DNA from: Candidatus Tayloriibacteriota bacterium
Lineage (GTDB): Bacteria > Patescibacteriota > Minisyncoccia > Phycocordibacterales > CAIZLB01
Reading direction: 5' to 3'
Assembly: GCA_018883165.1 (NCBI GenBank)
Contig: VEQN01000005.1
Location: 1-52,874, forward strand
Length of the DNA: 52,874 bases
The stretch's first letter is position 1; each line of letters begins with the position of its first letter. The notes under the pieces are model-generated. The model saw only the letters and a list, made by a program, of their open reading frames with translations. It had not been told where the DNA came from and ran no database searches. Of the stretch, positions 1 through 10,300 are shown piece after piece. The position numbers were made by a program, and so were the translations under genes.

Positions 1-260
1 GCTGAACACATTACTGTGCTTACACTTAAAGCCTATCAACCTAGTAATCTCCTAGGGGTCTCAAACGATTATTAATCTTGGAGCAAGTTTCCCGCTTAGA
101 TGCTTTCAGCGGTTATCAAAACTGAACATAGCTACCCGACGGTGCCCTTGGCAGGACAGCCGGTAGACCAGAGGTTCATTCATCCCGGTCCTCTCGTACT
201 AGGGACAAGCCTCCTCAATAATCAACGCCCACAGTAGATAGGAGACCAACCTGTCTCACG

Positions 261-640
261 CGTGACATACCAAATCATTTTCATGATTGACTGGACTAGA
301 ACTTCTTCCGGGATTTTTTCTAACTTCCTTTTGATAAACAAAAAGATCCTAGAAAAAATGCTTGGGAAGGTTAACGATTAGTCTCTACGGGTGCCTTCTT
401 AGGCTTCCCTCGGAATTGTCATGACTTTATAAATAAAGTTTTAGATTTTCCCGATACTAGTTAACTTATCACATTCTGCTTACGCAAAAGTGACGCCGTG
501 ATTTTATCTCCTATTTTTCGACGAAAAGACCTTTAATGAATTGTGTATAACAATCTGGTTTGAATAAATGATAACCCTCATATGTTTTAGGTTCAGACGG
601 GTTCGCGGGTCAAATTCTAATGAAAGAACTTCACCAGCGA
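261..640 (-). ncRNA. Group I self-splicing intron in 23S rRNA at E. coli position 2593 (380 nt, no intact homing endonuclease)
   Basis: Interrupts GACCGU^CGUGAGACAG. The 5' exon ends in U and the intron ends in G. Core elements on the minus strand: P3 GUUAAC pair, R element CGUAGAGACUAA, S element UCUAGUCC (P7 GACUA/UAGUC), P2 capped by GUAA, guide sequence UCACG-GCG at about 494-501. Confidence 0.93.
504..581 (-). other. 25-aa mini-ORF in intron loop L1 (MRVIIYSNQIVIHNSLKVFSSKNRR), possible homing-endonuclease remnant
   Basis: ATG at 581 and TAA at 506-504, ending just before the guide sequence. No recognisable motif. Confidence 0.3.
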
Positions 641-667
641 ACGGTCTGAACCCAGCTCGCGTAACTT

Positions 668-700
<33 letters not shown>

Positions 701-955
701 TCTCCAGCCCCAGGATAAGTTGAGCCGACATCGAGGTGCCGAACACTACCGTCGATATGGACTCTTAGGTAGTACCAGCCTGTTATCCCCAGGGTAACTT
801 TTATCCGTTAATCTTAAGCCGCATCTAATGCGAACTCTCGGTTCACTATGCTCCGCTTTCGCGTCTGCTCGACATGTACGTCTTGCAGTCAAGCTAGCTT
901 GTGCCATTACACTATCGGCACGGTTTCCATTCGCGCCTAGCTAACCTTAATAAAC

Positions 956-996
<41 letters not shown>

Positions 997-1299
997 ACCC
1001 ACCAGATACTGTCTCTCTAAGTTTTTGCCTTAGAGATTAGAACATATAGTCACAAAAATTGGTATTTCACTGACGAGTAGATCGTAACCGAAATCACAAC
1101 CATCAAACCTCTCCCAACTATGCTACGTAGTGTAATCATATGCTCAATATCAAGCTGCAGTAAAGCTTCTAGGGTCTTTTCGTCTATCTGCAGGTAACCG
1201 GCATCTTCACCGGTATTGTATTTTCACCGAGCAGGTCTTCGAGACAGCTCTCCAGTCATTATGCCATTCGTGCGCGTCGGAACTTACCCGACAAGGTAC

Positions 1300-1340
<41 letters not shown>

Positions 1341-2765
1341 CAGGGCTTATATCAGCCAGCAATACATCTTGCGACATATCACCACCGATATTTGACCTTC
1401 TGGCATTGGTCAGGTGTCACCCCCTATACATCCTCTTGCGAGTTCGCAGGGAGCTGTGTTTTTGATAAACAGTTGCCAGAGATACTTTCGCTGCGGCCAC
1501 TTTAATAAATTAAAATGGCAAGCCTTATTCCAAAGTTACGGCTGCTTTTTTGCCGAGTTCCTTGAAGACCTCTCACTCGTTCGCCTTGGTCTACTCGACC
1601 TGATCACCTGTGTCGGTTTGCGGTACGGTTTTCACATATATTAAGTTTAGAAGTTTTTCTCGGAAGCGTGCTTTATAGAATCGACAGAAAGCGAACTTCC
1701 CGCTGTATCACTCTGCTTGGAATCGATATTTAAATCAGTCACCGGATTTACCTGGTGAGCATCCTTACAGCATGAACGCAAATCCTTTAATGCGCTCTAT
1801 ATACTACACTCCGTCCCTCCATCACTATACGTGAAAGTCATGGAATATTAACCATGTGTCCATCAGGTCCGACTCTCGTCATCCCCTTAGGCCCGACTAA
1901 CCCTTCGTCGACAATCGTTGCGAAGGAAACCTTGATCTTTCGGCGTCGGGGTTTTTCACCCCGATTGTGGTTACTTGTGCCAACATTCTTACTTCCTGAC
2001 GCTCCAGAGTGGGTCACCCCTTCTCCTTCATCGCGGACAGGAACACTCTCCTACCAATAGATTTATCCGAAGATAAATTTATTCCTCAGTTTCGGTACCA
2101 TGTTTTAGCCCCGCTTATCTGCGGCGCGGAGTCTCTTGATGAGTGAGCTGTTACGCTATCTTTCAAGGATTGCTGCTTCTAAGCAAACCTCCTCATTGTC
2201 AATGAAACTCCACCACCTTAAGTGCACTTAACATGAATTTAGGGACCTTAAATAGAGATCTGGGCTGTTTCCCTTTTGACTAGTGCAGCTTAGCCCACAC
2301 AGTCTGACTGCCACGCTCTAACTTCTAGTATTCAGAGTTTGATAGGACTCGCGAGATTTCTCCCTGTCGAGTCCTTCCAGTGCTTTACCCCTAGAAGGAA
2401 CACGTGACGCTAACCCAAAAGCTATTTCGGAGAGAACCAGCTATTACCAAGCTCGATTAGCTTTTCACTTCAACCCACAAGTCATCCGGATGCGTTGAAC
2501 AACATATCGGTTCGGCCCTCCATCTGTCTTTCGACAAACTTCAGCCTGCTCATGGGTAGCTCGCTTTGGCTTCGGGTCTGATACGTACTACGTACGCGCT
2601 ATTCACACTCGGTTTCCCTATGGCTCCATCCTCGCGGACTTAGCCTGCAGCATGTATCAACTCGTTGGCTCATTCTTCAATAGGCACGCCGTGACGGTAT
2701 AAATACCGCTCCGACTCCTTGTAGGCATATGGTTTCAGGTCTATTTCATCGTCCTCACCGGACTG

Positions 2766-2802
<37 letters not shown>

Positions 2803-3411
2803 ATCACAACATATATTTAGCCTTAGCAGTTAGTTCTGCTGGATTCCTCCGAGCTACTCGTGTCTCGAAGTACTCAAGAATGACAGTAAGAGGTATTTCA
2901 TTTTCATATACGGGACTATCACCCACTAGGGTTAAGCTTTCCAGCTTATTCTATTAATGAAACACTTTGTAACTCTTTGAACATAAATGTTCGTCTGCCA
3001 CCTTACAACCCCGAGCTACCCAATGGACTGTACTATTGCTAGTACCTTCCATTGGAAAGCTCGGTTTGGGCTCTTTCCATTTCGCTCGCCGCTACTTAGG
3101 AAATTGTGCACTTACGTGCTTGTTTTCTTTTCCTCCAGGTACTGGAATGTTTTACTTCCCTGGGTAAGCATCTTGAATCTAGTCAAGATTAGAGATCAAG
3201 TCTCTAGGGTTTCCCCATTCGGAAATCTCCGGATCAAAGGTTGCTTAGCACCTCCCCGAAGCGTATCGCCGCTATACTGCGTCCTTCATCGCTATGTTGT
3301 GTCAAGGCATCCACCATACGCCCTTATATTTCCATTAGGAAATATAAAAACCACAATCACTTTTATTTGTTACCTGCCCCACATATCTTCTTGAGAAAAA
3401 ATATGTGGGAT

Positions 3412-3653
3412 TGTCGGAGCTCTAAAGGATGGGTGATATAAAATCACCACTAACGGATGGAGATGCGGGGTTTGGACCCGTAAATGTCTTAAGTCAGTTT
3501 CACTGTCCCAACAGCTGTTGCTTACACTATGGCTTGCAACTTTTTTGACAGCAAACTGCCACGACATTTTTTAGAGCTACCTTTCATGGTACTCTCAACT
3601 CCTTCTACCGCAGGGTTTGCAAAAGCCGATGCGCACCCTTTAGAGCTCCGACA
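3412..3653 (-). ncRNA. Candidate structured ncRNA in the 23S leader with a tRNA-like core
   Basis: Perfect 17-bp closing inverted repeat (3412-3428 / 3637-3653) enclosing several nested stems. G-U pairs favour the minus strand. Confidence 0.55.
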
Positions 3654-3865
3654 CTATCTCTGGCTTGAAAAGACCATAAAATAAATTTTACGTTCACCAG
3701 GATAGAATTTAGTTTTCAAGGTATATGTTTTCTGAGTGATCTTTCGAGTGCTATTTTCTTAAAAGAAAATGCTCTCTTTCGAGAGCGGTCTTTCCTATAG
3801 CGTCCTATTCAGACGTTATTGGTCTAACCGCATTCGTAAGATGATTAACATAACTGATACGGGCT

Positions 3866-3893
3866 ATTATACGCATAGAGAAACCTTTGTCAA
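3866..3893 (-). promoter_or_regulatory. Sigma70 promoter of the 23S transcription unit
   Basis: TTGACA (3893-3888), 16-nt spacer, TATAAT (3871-3866). Perfect consensus with rrn-P1-like spacing. Confidence 0.9.
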
Positions 3894-3974
3894 CAAAAAT
3901 ACCTTCAAAAATAGGGCTGGAAATGGTAAAACAGGATGTTTCTAAAAAAGCCATATAATAGGCCATGGGATGAA

Positions 3975-4007
3975 ACAAAAAACACCCCTCTTGAGGGTGT
4001 TTTTTGT
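3975..4007. terminator. Intrinsic terminator
   Basis: acaaaaaacaccc...gggtgttttttgt, downstream of the 4032-4721 gene. Confidence 0.85.
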
Positions 4008-4031
4008 ATAGTTCCCTACGGTATCTAGAGA

Positions 4032-4721
4032 TTACTGCTTTCGAGAAAGTTCGTTTACCGCTTTTTCAATGATTCGTGATGCAGCATCTCGTCCACCAAG
4101 GCCGAATGCTAGACCGAATGCAATTGAGAGAGCAACTACCACTCCAATGAACACAACCTGAACAAGTTCAGCTGCGATGTTGAGTTCAACAAGTGCTGTA
4201 AGTGCAGCAAAGATGATGATAGCCCATTTAGCAATAGCGCCTAAAAGTTTAGCGCTCGCCATATGTGCTGCTGTTGATGCACTTGAAACAATCTTCTGTA
4301 CCACTTCCCCAATCACAACTGAAACGAGAAGAATAAGAATTGCAATGATCACATGTGGGATGTAACCCATTACAACATCTTCAAGATATGCTGTGACCTG
4401 AGTAAATCCAAACACTCGAAGTGCTGAGAGGAAGAAGATTGCAATTACAAACCATTTAATTAATCCTCCAACAAACGCACCTGAGTTGAGATTGATTCCA
4501 CCCTTCTTGAGCATATCTTCGATACCCGCTTGTTTAAGCACTGCATCTACTCGAAGCGCCTTGAAAGCTTTTTCGATAACCTGCCCGATGAATGTTCCAG
4601 CCACCCATCCAACTGTAAATATTATGAGAGCGACGAATAGATACGCGAGTACCTGAATTGCAAAAGGAGCAAAACCAGTAAATGTTGTACCTAATGCATC
4701 ACCCCAAGTCTGAATAATCAT
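4032..4721 (-). CDS. TM-helix repeat membrane protein (CmpX / MscS N-terminal-like)
   Basis: Multiple TM segments; motifs YIPHVIIAILIL and AFGLAFGLGGRDAA are typical of the conserved TM_helix family. Confidence 0.8.
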   Translation of the reverse strand: MIIQTWGDALGTTFTGFAPFAIQVLAYLFVALIIFTVGWVAGTFIGQVIEKAFKALRVDAVLKQAGIEDMLKKGGINLNSGAFVGGLIKWFVIAIFFLSALRVFGFTQVTAYLEDVVMGYIPHVIIAILILLVSVVIGEVVQKIVSSASTAAHMASAKLLGAIAKWAIIIFAALTALVELNIAAELVQVVFIGVVVALSIAFGLAFGLGGRDAASRIIEKAVNELSRKQ

Positions 4722-4785
4722 ATGAAAGATATAAGTTGATTTTATATAACAGGGGCGACTACCCCTACACCCCTATTATATCAAT

Positions 4786-5361
4786 TTAGAAGAGTCCAAG
4801 CTTGTCCAAAACAACTTCGTGGGGATAATCCAAAACATCTCGTACCAGCCTATCTCCCACGCCGAGTCTGTACTTAAAGTCTTCTGAATCAAGAATTGCA
4901 TACTTAATCTCTTTACCCATCTCTGCTTCAATAGAGGACATAACTGATTCAACCGTTCCTCTCTTTGTGTTGTCTGCTACCACGAGAATATCGATAGTGT
5001 TATCCCATAATTCTTTAAATATTCCTGAAAACACAACGAGTTTAATTCTTCCAATCTTTGAAATTTTTTTTACAATAGGCTGTTTGTGTACCAAACTTGT
5101 CTGCAAGAGCAGTCTTTGGAATTCAACCAAATATGGAAACCTGTCATTAAGGTACCACACTACCGTGTTCCCTCCTCGTGATGATTTTTTAATTAGTCCA
5201 ACTTTGGCAAGAAAGTTTAATTCCCTTCTCGCTCGACTTGTTTCAACTTTTGACCGATCTACAACATCACTTGTTTCATAATACAAAGTAGGATTAAACA
5301 AAAATAATCTCATTAATTTTACTCTTGCTGCACCTCCAAATATTTTCTCAAGTGTGTCCAT
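4786..5361 (-). CDS. Winged-HTH protein with a C-terminal nucleotidyltransferase-like domain
   Basis: N-terminal LEKIFG..ARVKLMRLF...RELNFL wHTH; C-terminal VVFSGIF...IDILVV...GKEIKY minimal-NTase-like fold. Confidence 0.7.
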   Translation of the reverse strand: MDTLEKIFGGAARVKLMRLFLFNPTLYYETSDVVDRSKVETSRARRELNFLAKVGLIKKSSRGGNTVVWYLNDRFPYLVEFQRLLLQTSLVHKQPIVKKISKIGRIKLVVFSGIFKELWDNTIDILVVADNTKRGTVESVMSSIEAEMGKEIKYAILDSEDFKYRLGVGDRLVRDVLDYPHEVVLDKLGLF

Positions 5362-5501
5362 TTTCTTTCTGTAGTTATCTGATAAATTCAGTTCGGCTCA
5401 TGAATATCCGACTGTCTTAATATGTAATAAATGTATCATATTTTTAAACAAAAAGCCCCACCCACCGCGAAGAGTGAGGCTCTTTGCAGATAGATGGTGC
5501 G

Positions 5502-6104
5502 TTACGCAGCAAGCGCTGCGGGCTCAACGAAATATGACCGCCAAGCCACGAATTCCTGTTGACGCAAATCACCTGGATCTTCTTCAGTTTTCTGGGCCTT
5601 GAGTTGTGCTTTGATGTCACCAACGCTTTGCATGACAGGTTCGACCAAGTCGAACATATCATCGTAGCGAATGAATTGATACCCTCCTGCTGGTAGTGCA
5701 GGGTCAAGAATCAAACGCGTGACACTCGCATCGTGATGTGCAGCGGCGATTGTCGGCTTTCCCCGAGCAACCGTTTGAACACCGAACTCGACGCCGAGAC
5801 CGATAGATGGAAGATCACACAGTGCGACGAAGAGGTGGCAACGCATCACACAGTTTTCGATATCATGGATCCACACATCACGAGGAGTACCTGCGGCAAG
5901 ACCGAGGAACTCAAGGACGACGCATCCGCGCTTTACCAATTCCGCCTTAAAGCGAACCACTTTATCCCTGAATTCGGGTGGTGCTTGTGTAAGCGCACAA
6001 CCGACGTAAACCCTGACTTCGGGTTCATACTCAAACAATTGGAGCTGTCTAATCATAGTGATTGGGGTTTGAAATTGTCGACGAGCTAACGTTTCGTTTC
6101 CCAT
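5502..6104 (-). CDS. Nucleoside 2-deoxyribosyltransferase / Rcl(DNPH1)-like N-glycosidase
   Basis: VYVGCALT...DIENCVMRCHLFVAL..PSIGLGVEFG with the family Glu. Start moved to ATG 6104 (alternative 6056) because the longer ORF crosses the rplL terminator. Confidence 0.7.
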   Translation of the reverse strand: MGNETLARRQFQTPITMIRQLQLFEYEPEVRVYVGCALTQAPPEFRDKVVRFKAELVKRGCVVLEFLGLAAGTPRDVWIHDIENCVMRCHLFVALCDLPSIGLGVEFGVQTVARGKPTIAAAHHDASVTRLILDPALPAGGYQFIRYDDMFDLVEPVMQSVGDIKAQLKAQKTEEDPGDLRQQEFVAWRSYFVEPAALAA

Positions 6105-6158
6105 GTAATGGAAAACCCTACACCTAAAGTATGTCAGCAATATTTCAGAAAGCAACAA

Positions 6159-6191
6159 ACAAAAAACCACCCAATACGGGTGGTTTTTTGT
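6159..6191 (-). terminator. Intrinsic terminator after rplL
   Basis: acaaaaaaccaccc-aatac-gggtggttttttgt. Confidence 0.9.
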
Positions 6192-6210
6192 GAATACCTG
6201 AATGTAAGGA

Positions 6211-6615
6211 TTACTTAATTTCAACCTTTCCTCCAGCTTCTTCAATCTGCTTCTTGAGAGCATCTGCTTCTTCCTTCTTAAGACCTTCCTTAAGAACTGA
6301 TGGAGCTGCATCAACAAGATCCTTAGCCTCTTTAAGACCAAGACCGAGAACTTCTTTCACAACCTTAATGATTGCAATCTTGTTCGCACCAGCATCCGCT
6401 AGGTGAACGTTGAATGAAGTCTTTTCTTCAGCCGCAGGACCTGCTGCTGCAGGACCAGCTACTGCAACTGCTGCTGCAGAAACGCCGAATTTCTTTTCAA
6501 GGAATTTTACAAGTTCGTGGAGTTCGATAACTGACATCTTTTCGATTGTCTCAACTACTGTCTTGAACTGTGCAGGAGTTTCAATAACCTCTGCTGTTGT
6601 TGTTTCTTCTGACAT
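6211..6615 (-). CDS. rplL: 50S ribosomal protein bL12 (L7/L12)
   Basis: [28 protein letters not shown] motifs. Confidence 0.99.
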   Translation of the reverse strand: MSEETTTAEVIETPAQFKTVVETIEKMSVIELHELVKFLEKKFGVSAAAVAVAGPAAAGPAAEEKTSFNVHLADAGANKIAIIKVVKEVLGLGLKEAKDLVDAAPSVLKEGLKKEEADALKKQIEEAGGKVEIK

Positions 6616-6642
6616 ATTTTTTAAAAATTAACTACTACTAAA

Positions 6643-7131
6643 TTATTGCTTCTTCTCCGCGATAGCGTTCAACGCAAGGACAAAGCCTTGGATTGGAGAA
6701 TTGATGATATTGACGAACTGAGCGTACAAAGTCTTCTGTGATGGGATTGATGCGATCGCTTCCATTTCAGATTTAGTCTTAAATACTCCATCAAATACAC
6801 CGCCGAGAATTGATACTTTTCCATCAAGTTTTTTCTGGAATTCGTAGATTTCTCTTGCTGGTGCAAGGAGGTCAGCACTGTACACAAGCGCAAGTTCCCC
6901 TTGAAGTTCAGGCATATCACCTGAAATCTTAGAGTCGTTAAGCACTCGCTTAGTCAATGTCTTCTTAGCAACTGTGAATTGAACGTCTTTTGATCGGAGC
7001 TCTTTTCGAACTACTGTAGACTCAGAAACTGGTAGCTTGTGAAAGTTCACAAACACAACAGATTTTGATGAATCAACAATATTTTTTACTTTAGCTACAA
7101 TCTCGCCTTTCTTTTCTTTTGAAATTGCCAT
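6643..7131 (-). CDS. rplJ: 50S ribosomal protein uL10
   Basis: LRSKDVQFTVAKKTL motif; directly upstream of rplL. Confidence 0.97.
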   Translation of the reverse strand: MAISKEKKGEIVAKVKNIVDSSKSVVFVNFHKLPVSESTVVRKELRSKDVQFTVAKKTLTKRVLNDSKISGDMPELQGELALVYSADLLAPAREIYEFQKKLDGKVSILGGVFDGVFKTKSEMEAIASIPSQKTLYAQFVNIINSPIQGFVLALNAIAEKKQ

Positions 7132-7139
7132 TTTTGTAA

Positions 7140-7310
7140 TGAACGTAAATTATATTTCCGACCTGAAGGTTTAAGACAACCAGAAACCCACCGTTTAGGG
7201 TGGGTTTCAAAGAGAGTAGATTGAAAATATGGCCAAATAGCTATATTTTCGACCTCTGCACAGGATTTATGCCTTTTACGACACCTGTGGTCTTTGAAGC
7301 CCTTCGGTAC
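7140..7310 (-). promoter_or_regulatory. L10 leader (autoregulatory RNA of rplJL)
   Basis: Minus strand AAAGACCACAGG-hairpin-UAAAUCCUGUGCAGAGGUC (7250-7297) fits the L10-leader pattern. It is followed by the hairpin gaaacccacc/ggtgggtttc (7183-7208). Confidence 0.75.
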
Positions 7311-7335
7311 AAGATTACCTGAAATATATGCTTTG

Positions 7336-10300
7336 TCAAACCTTAAGATATACAAACATTTTATATATCTTAAAGAACCCTGGATACAAGAACGACGCAT
7401 CCTTGAGACTCATCCCTCCTCGATAGTTTTTATATGACTTTTCGATCTCTTTCACAATTGAATCTAAACTAACTTGTATAGATTTAGAATATGCTTTTGA
7501 ATTACTTATCGGATATGCATCAATCCTTCTGAGAATTGCATTTATTTTTAACACATACCTATCAGCAAACTTTTTAGTAACAATCCCCGATTGAATTCGT
7601 GTTCGCAGTGCACGAAGTTCTACTTTAATATCATTAATGGAATATTCTTCAACGGCAATATCTGAGTATGTAGATGTTGCAACTATTGGGATTGAAGCTG
7701 CATCGACCACACCATCACCCTCATAATCTTTTTCTAAAGTAATCGTTGTTGTTGCATTGTCATTAGTTATGTTAATCGTACTTACACTTTGCGGAGTTGT
7801 AGCATCTATATCAAAGATGTATGCCGGCTGACTGTATGACGACTTATACGTACCATCTCTAAAATCTACCCTATCAATCATAAATGATTCTGTTCCTAGG
7901 GACTTTGAAGAAAAGTTAATCTTTCTTGGTTTTACGGGTAATAGTATTATTTTTTCTGAATTTGTATTTTCATACGCTACCCCTTTCATATTACTCGAAT
8001 GCACATACCCTTCTTTCACTTGATAGTCTTCGACAACCCCAATATCTGTTTCCACCTTAACTTTTCCATCCCCCTGTATCTTCACTCTCCAATATGATGT
8101 AACTTCAAGAGGAGCATCTACCTGTTGATTGCTTGGAACTACCGTTACATATGGTGCCGCGGAAAACTTCAGGTCTCTGCCAAATACAATGTCATTTAGT
8201 ATCGTTAGTACAGGTTCTGTTGATGCAAGATTTACATGCTCAATTCTGTTCGGATGTATATTGTTGTATTTGAAAACATCAATCAATATTGTCCTACCAG
8301 CTCGCTTCGAGATATCACCTACAGGTACGACACCATCACCATTTTTTGTATACATTGAATTACGGCTCATTGCACAATATGCATCTGCCGAGACGTTCTG
8401 TTGAACCAGACCCACTCCAAGTGACAACTCCGCCTGCGGACCGCATTTTTCTATATACTCAATTCCATTTTGAGTAAGTACATTTGTACTCAGTATATGT
8501 GTAATTTTTCCAGATAAAGTATCACTAATCGAGTACCTAATATCTTTTACCTTGTCATATACAATTTTGTTACCGATAGCAGCAGTACGGACATCCACAT
8601 CTGAAAACGGAATTTTTCTATCTTTAAACACACCGGTTCTAAATATGAAATCTAACATCATATCTTTTGTACGCAGATGCACAGGGTCTTTGTTTTTGGT
8701 ATGTATTTCAATTCCGGAAGACATTTGATCTAAGGTTATTCTCACAAGTTCATTTACTGATTTAATATTCTTTGAGAACGACCTTGCTGTTGATTGTGTA
8801 AGAATCGCACCATGCAATATTGATTGCCCATCACCATGAAGTACTGATGATACAGATGAAAAAGACCCTTGCTCTGGAGTACCAATTAATACTACAGATT
8901 CGATAAGGTGCCCAAGACCCTCTGACTCTAAATATGATGCAAACTTTTTTGCAACAATACCACCGAAGCTATGACCGACAAGTATCACCTTACCAGTTTT
9001 TGATTTTAAAGCTTTTTCCTTAATCTCTTTAGTCCATATTTTCCTATTCATTAAAACTACTTCATCGGAAGAATATCGCCAGTCATACACTATCACACCC
9101 CAATCCTGTATCATTCTTCTGTTTTTTAACCCGACAAGATATTCTTCCATACCCTTGTACACATCAATATCTAAAAATCCAAGACCAATAGATGATCCAA
9201 TATTTGTTCTAGAGACCATATCTTTAGGATATATAGATTTAGATATAGGTTCTCCGCTCGTATTGAAATACAACTTCTTCACATCAGCATCTCTATTTGG
9301 TTCCCATAACTGATTCTCGAACATGTATCCCCTTGTATATAACCTACTACCCTGAAGACCAGGGAAGAAAAACATTGAGGAACAACATTTCTTAATGTTT
9401 GGCTTTTCGAGAAGCCAAGGCATAACATTAAGTGAACCATCCGCCGAGTCACCTACTCCTTGGATATTTTGAAGCGGAAATCTAGGGCCAGTACCACTAC
9501 CCCACCAATTGTCCCTAGCTTCAACAAATCCACCCTCTGCATATGTTGCGTATCCTATGTGCTCCTCGAAGATATTTCCTACAACAGTTGAAGACGCTGC
9601 ATATGCTTCGAATCCAATACGATTATTCAAAAAAGTATTTGCACTTAAGAAGTTCTCAGCATGTTCGAATGTTGAAATACCAGTTTTTAGTCTTGAGAAA
9701 CTATTGCCACTGAACGTTGTGTATACTTTGTTAAACACTTGTACACCAATTGAACTTGGTGAATCAACAAACTCTGAATTCTCAACAGTGACTACACCAT
9801 TTTCATACGATGACACAACCGCCACCGTCATGTTATTGCGGAATACTGTATCTGATATATACATATTCGAATACTTAAATGATTCAATTACAGATGTAGC
9901 AGTAATGTTGGTTAATGTCACATTTTGTACTGTAAGCTCAGAATGATTCCAAGATGAGATTAAAGCACCACTAGCGTTACAAGTATCAAATACGCTATTT
10001 GATATGATTATCTTTGAATTATCCCATCCATATATCTTTGGACAATCTCCATTTGCCTGTATACCAGATACAACCAAACTGCCACCCATTGTGTATATAC
10101 CGGAGAAAGAATGTCCTGACAGAATACGAGCGCTTGTTCCCACTATCTCCAACTCCCCATATACATATATAGATCCACTATTGAATTGTAACCCTTTCTC
10201 GCCAACTTGAATTACAAGTTTCAAACCCTTAGGTATTGTCAGGTTTCCATTAATCTCATGCGTTGATTGATATTTCCATACTTCATTCGAAGACAGAGTC

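Noticed and set aside
3370-3567. 65-aa ORF across the leader element
   Set aside because: No motif, and it overlaps a densely base-paired region better explained as RNA structure.
3412-3653. Element as tmRNA, tRNA-Ala, 5S, RNase P or a 16S remnant
   Set aside because: No G3-U70 pair or CCA, no tag frame, no 5S or RNase P conserved motifs. AUCACCcaUCCUUU only loosely resembles the 16S 3' end and no other 16S sequence is present.
6105-6341. N-terminal extensions in the ORF track (also 19250-19453, 27620-27748, 29189-29287, 45557-45661, 49036-49080)
   Set aside because: They overlap neighbouring genes, terminators or promoters; downstream ATGs fit family N-termini.
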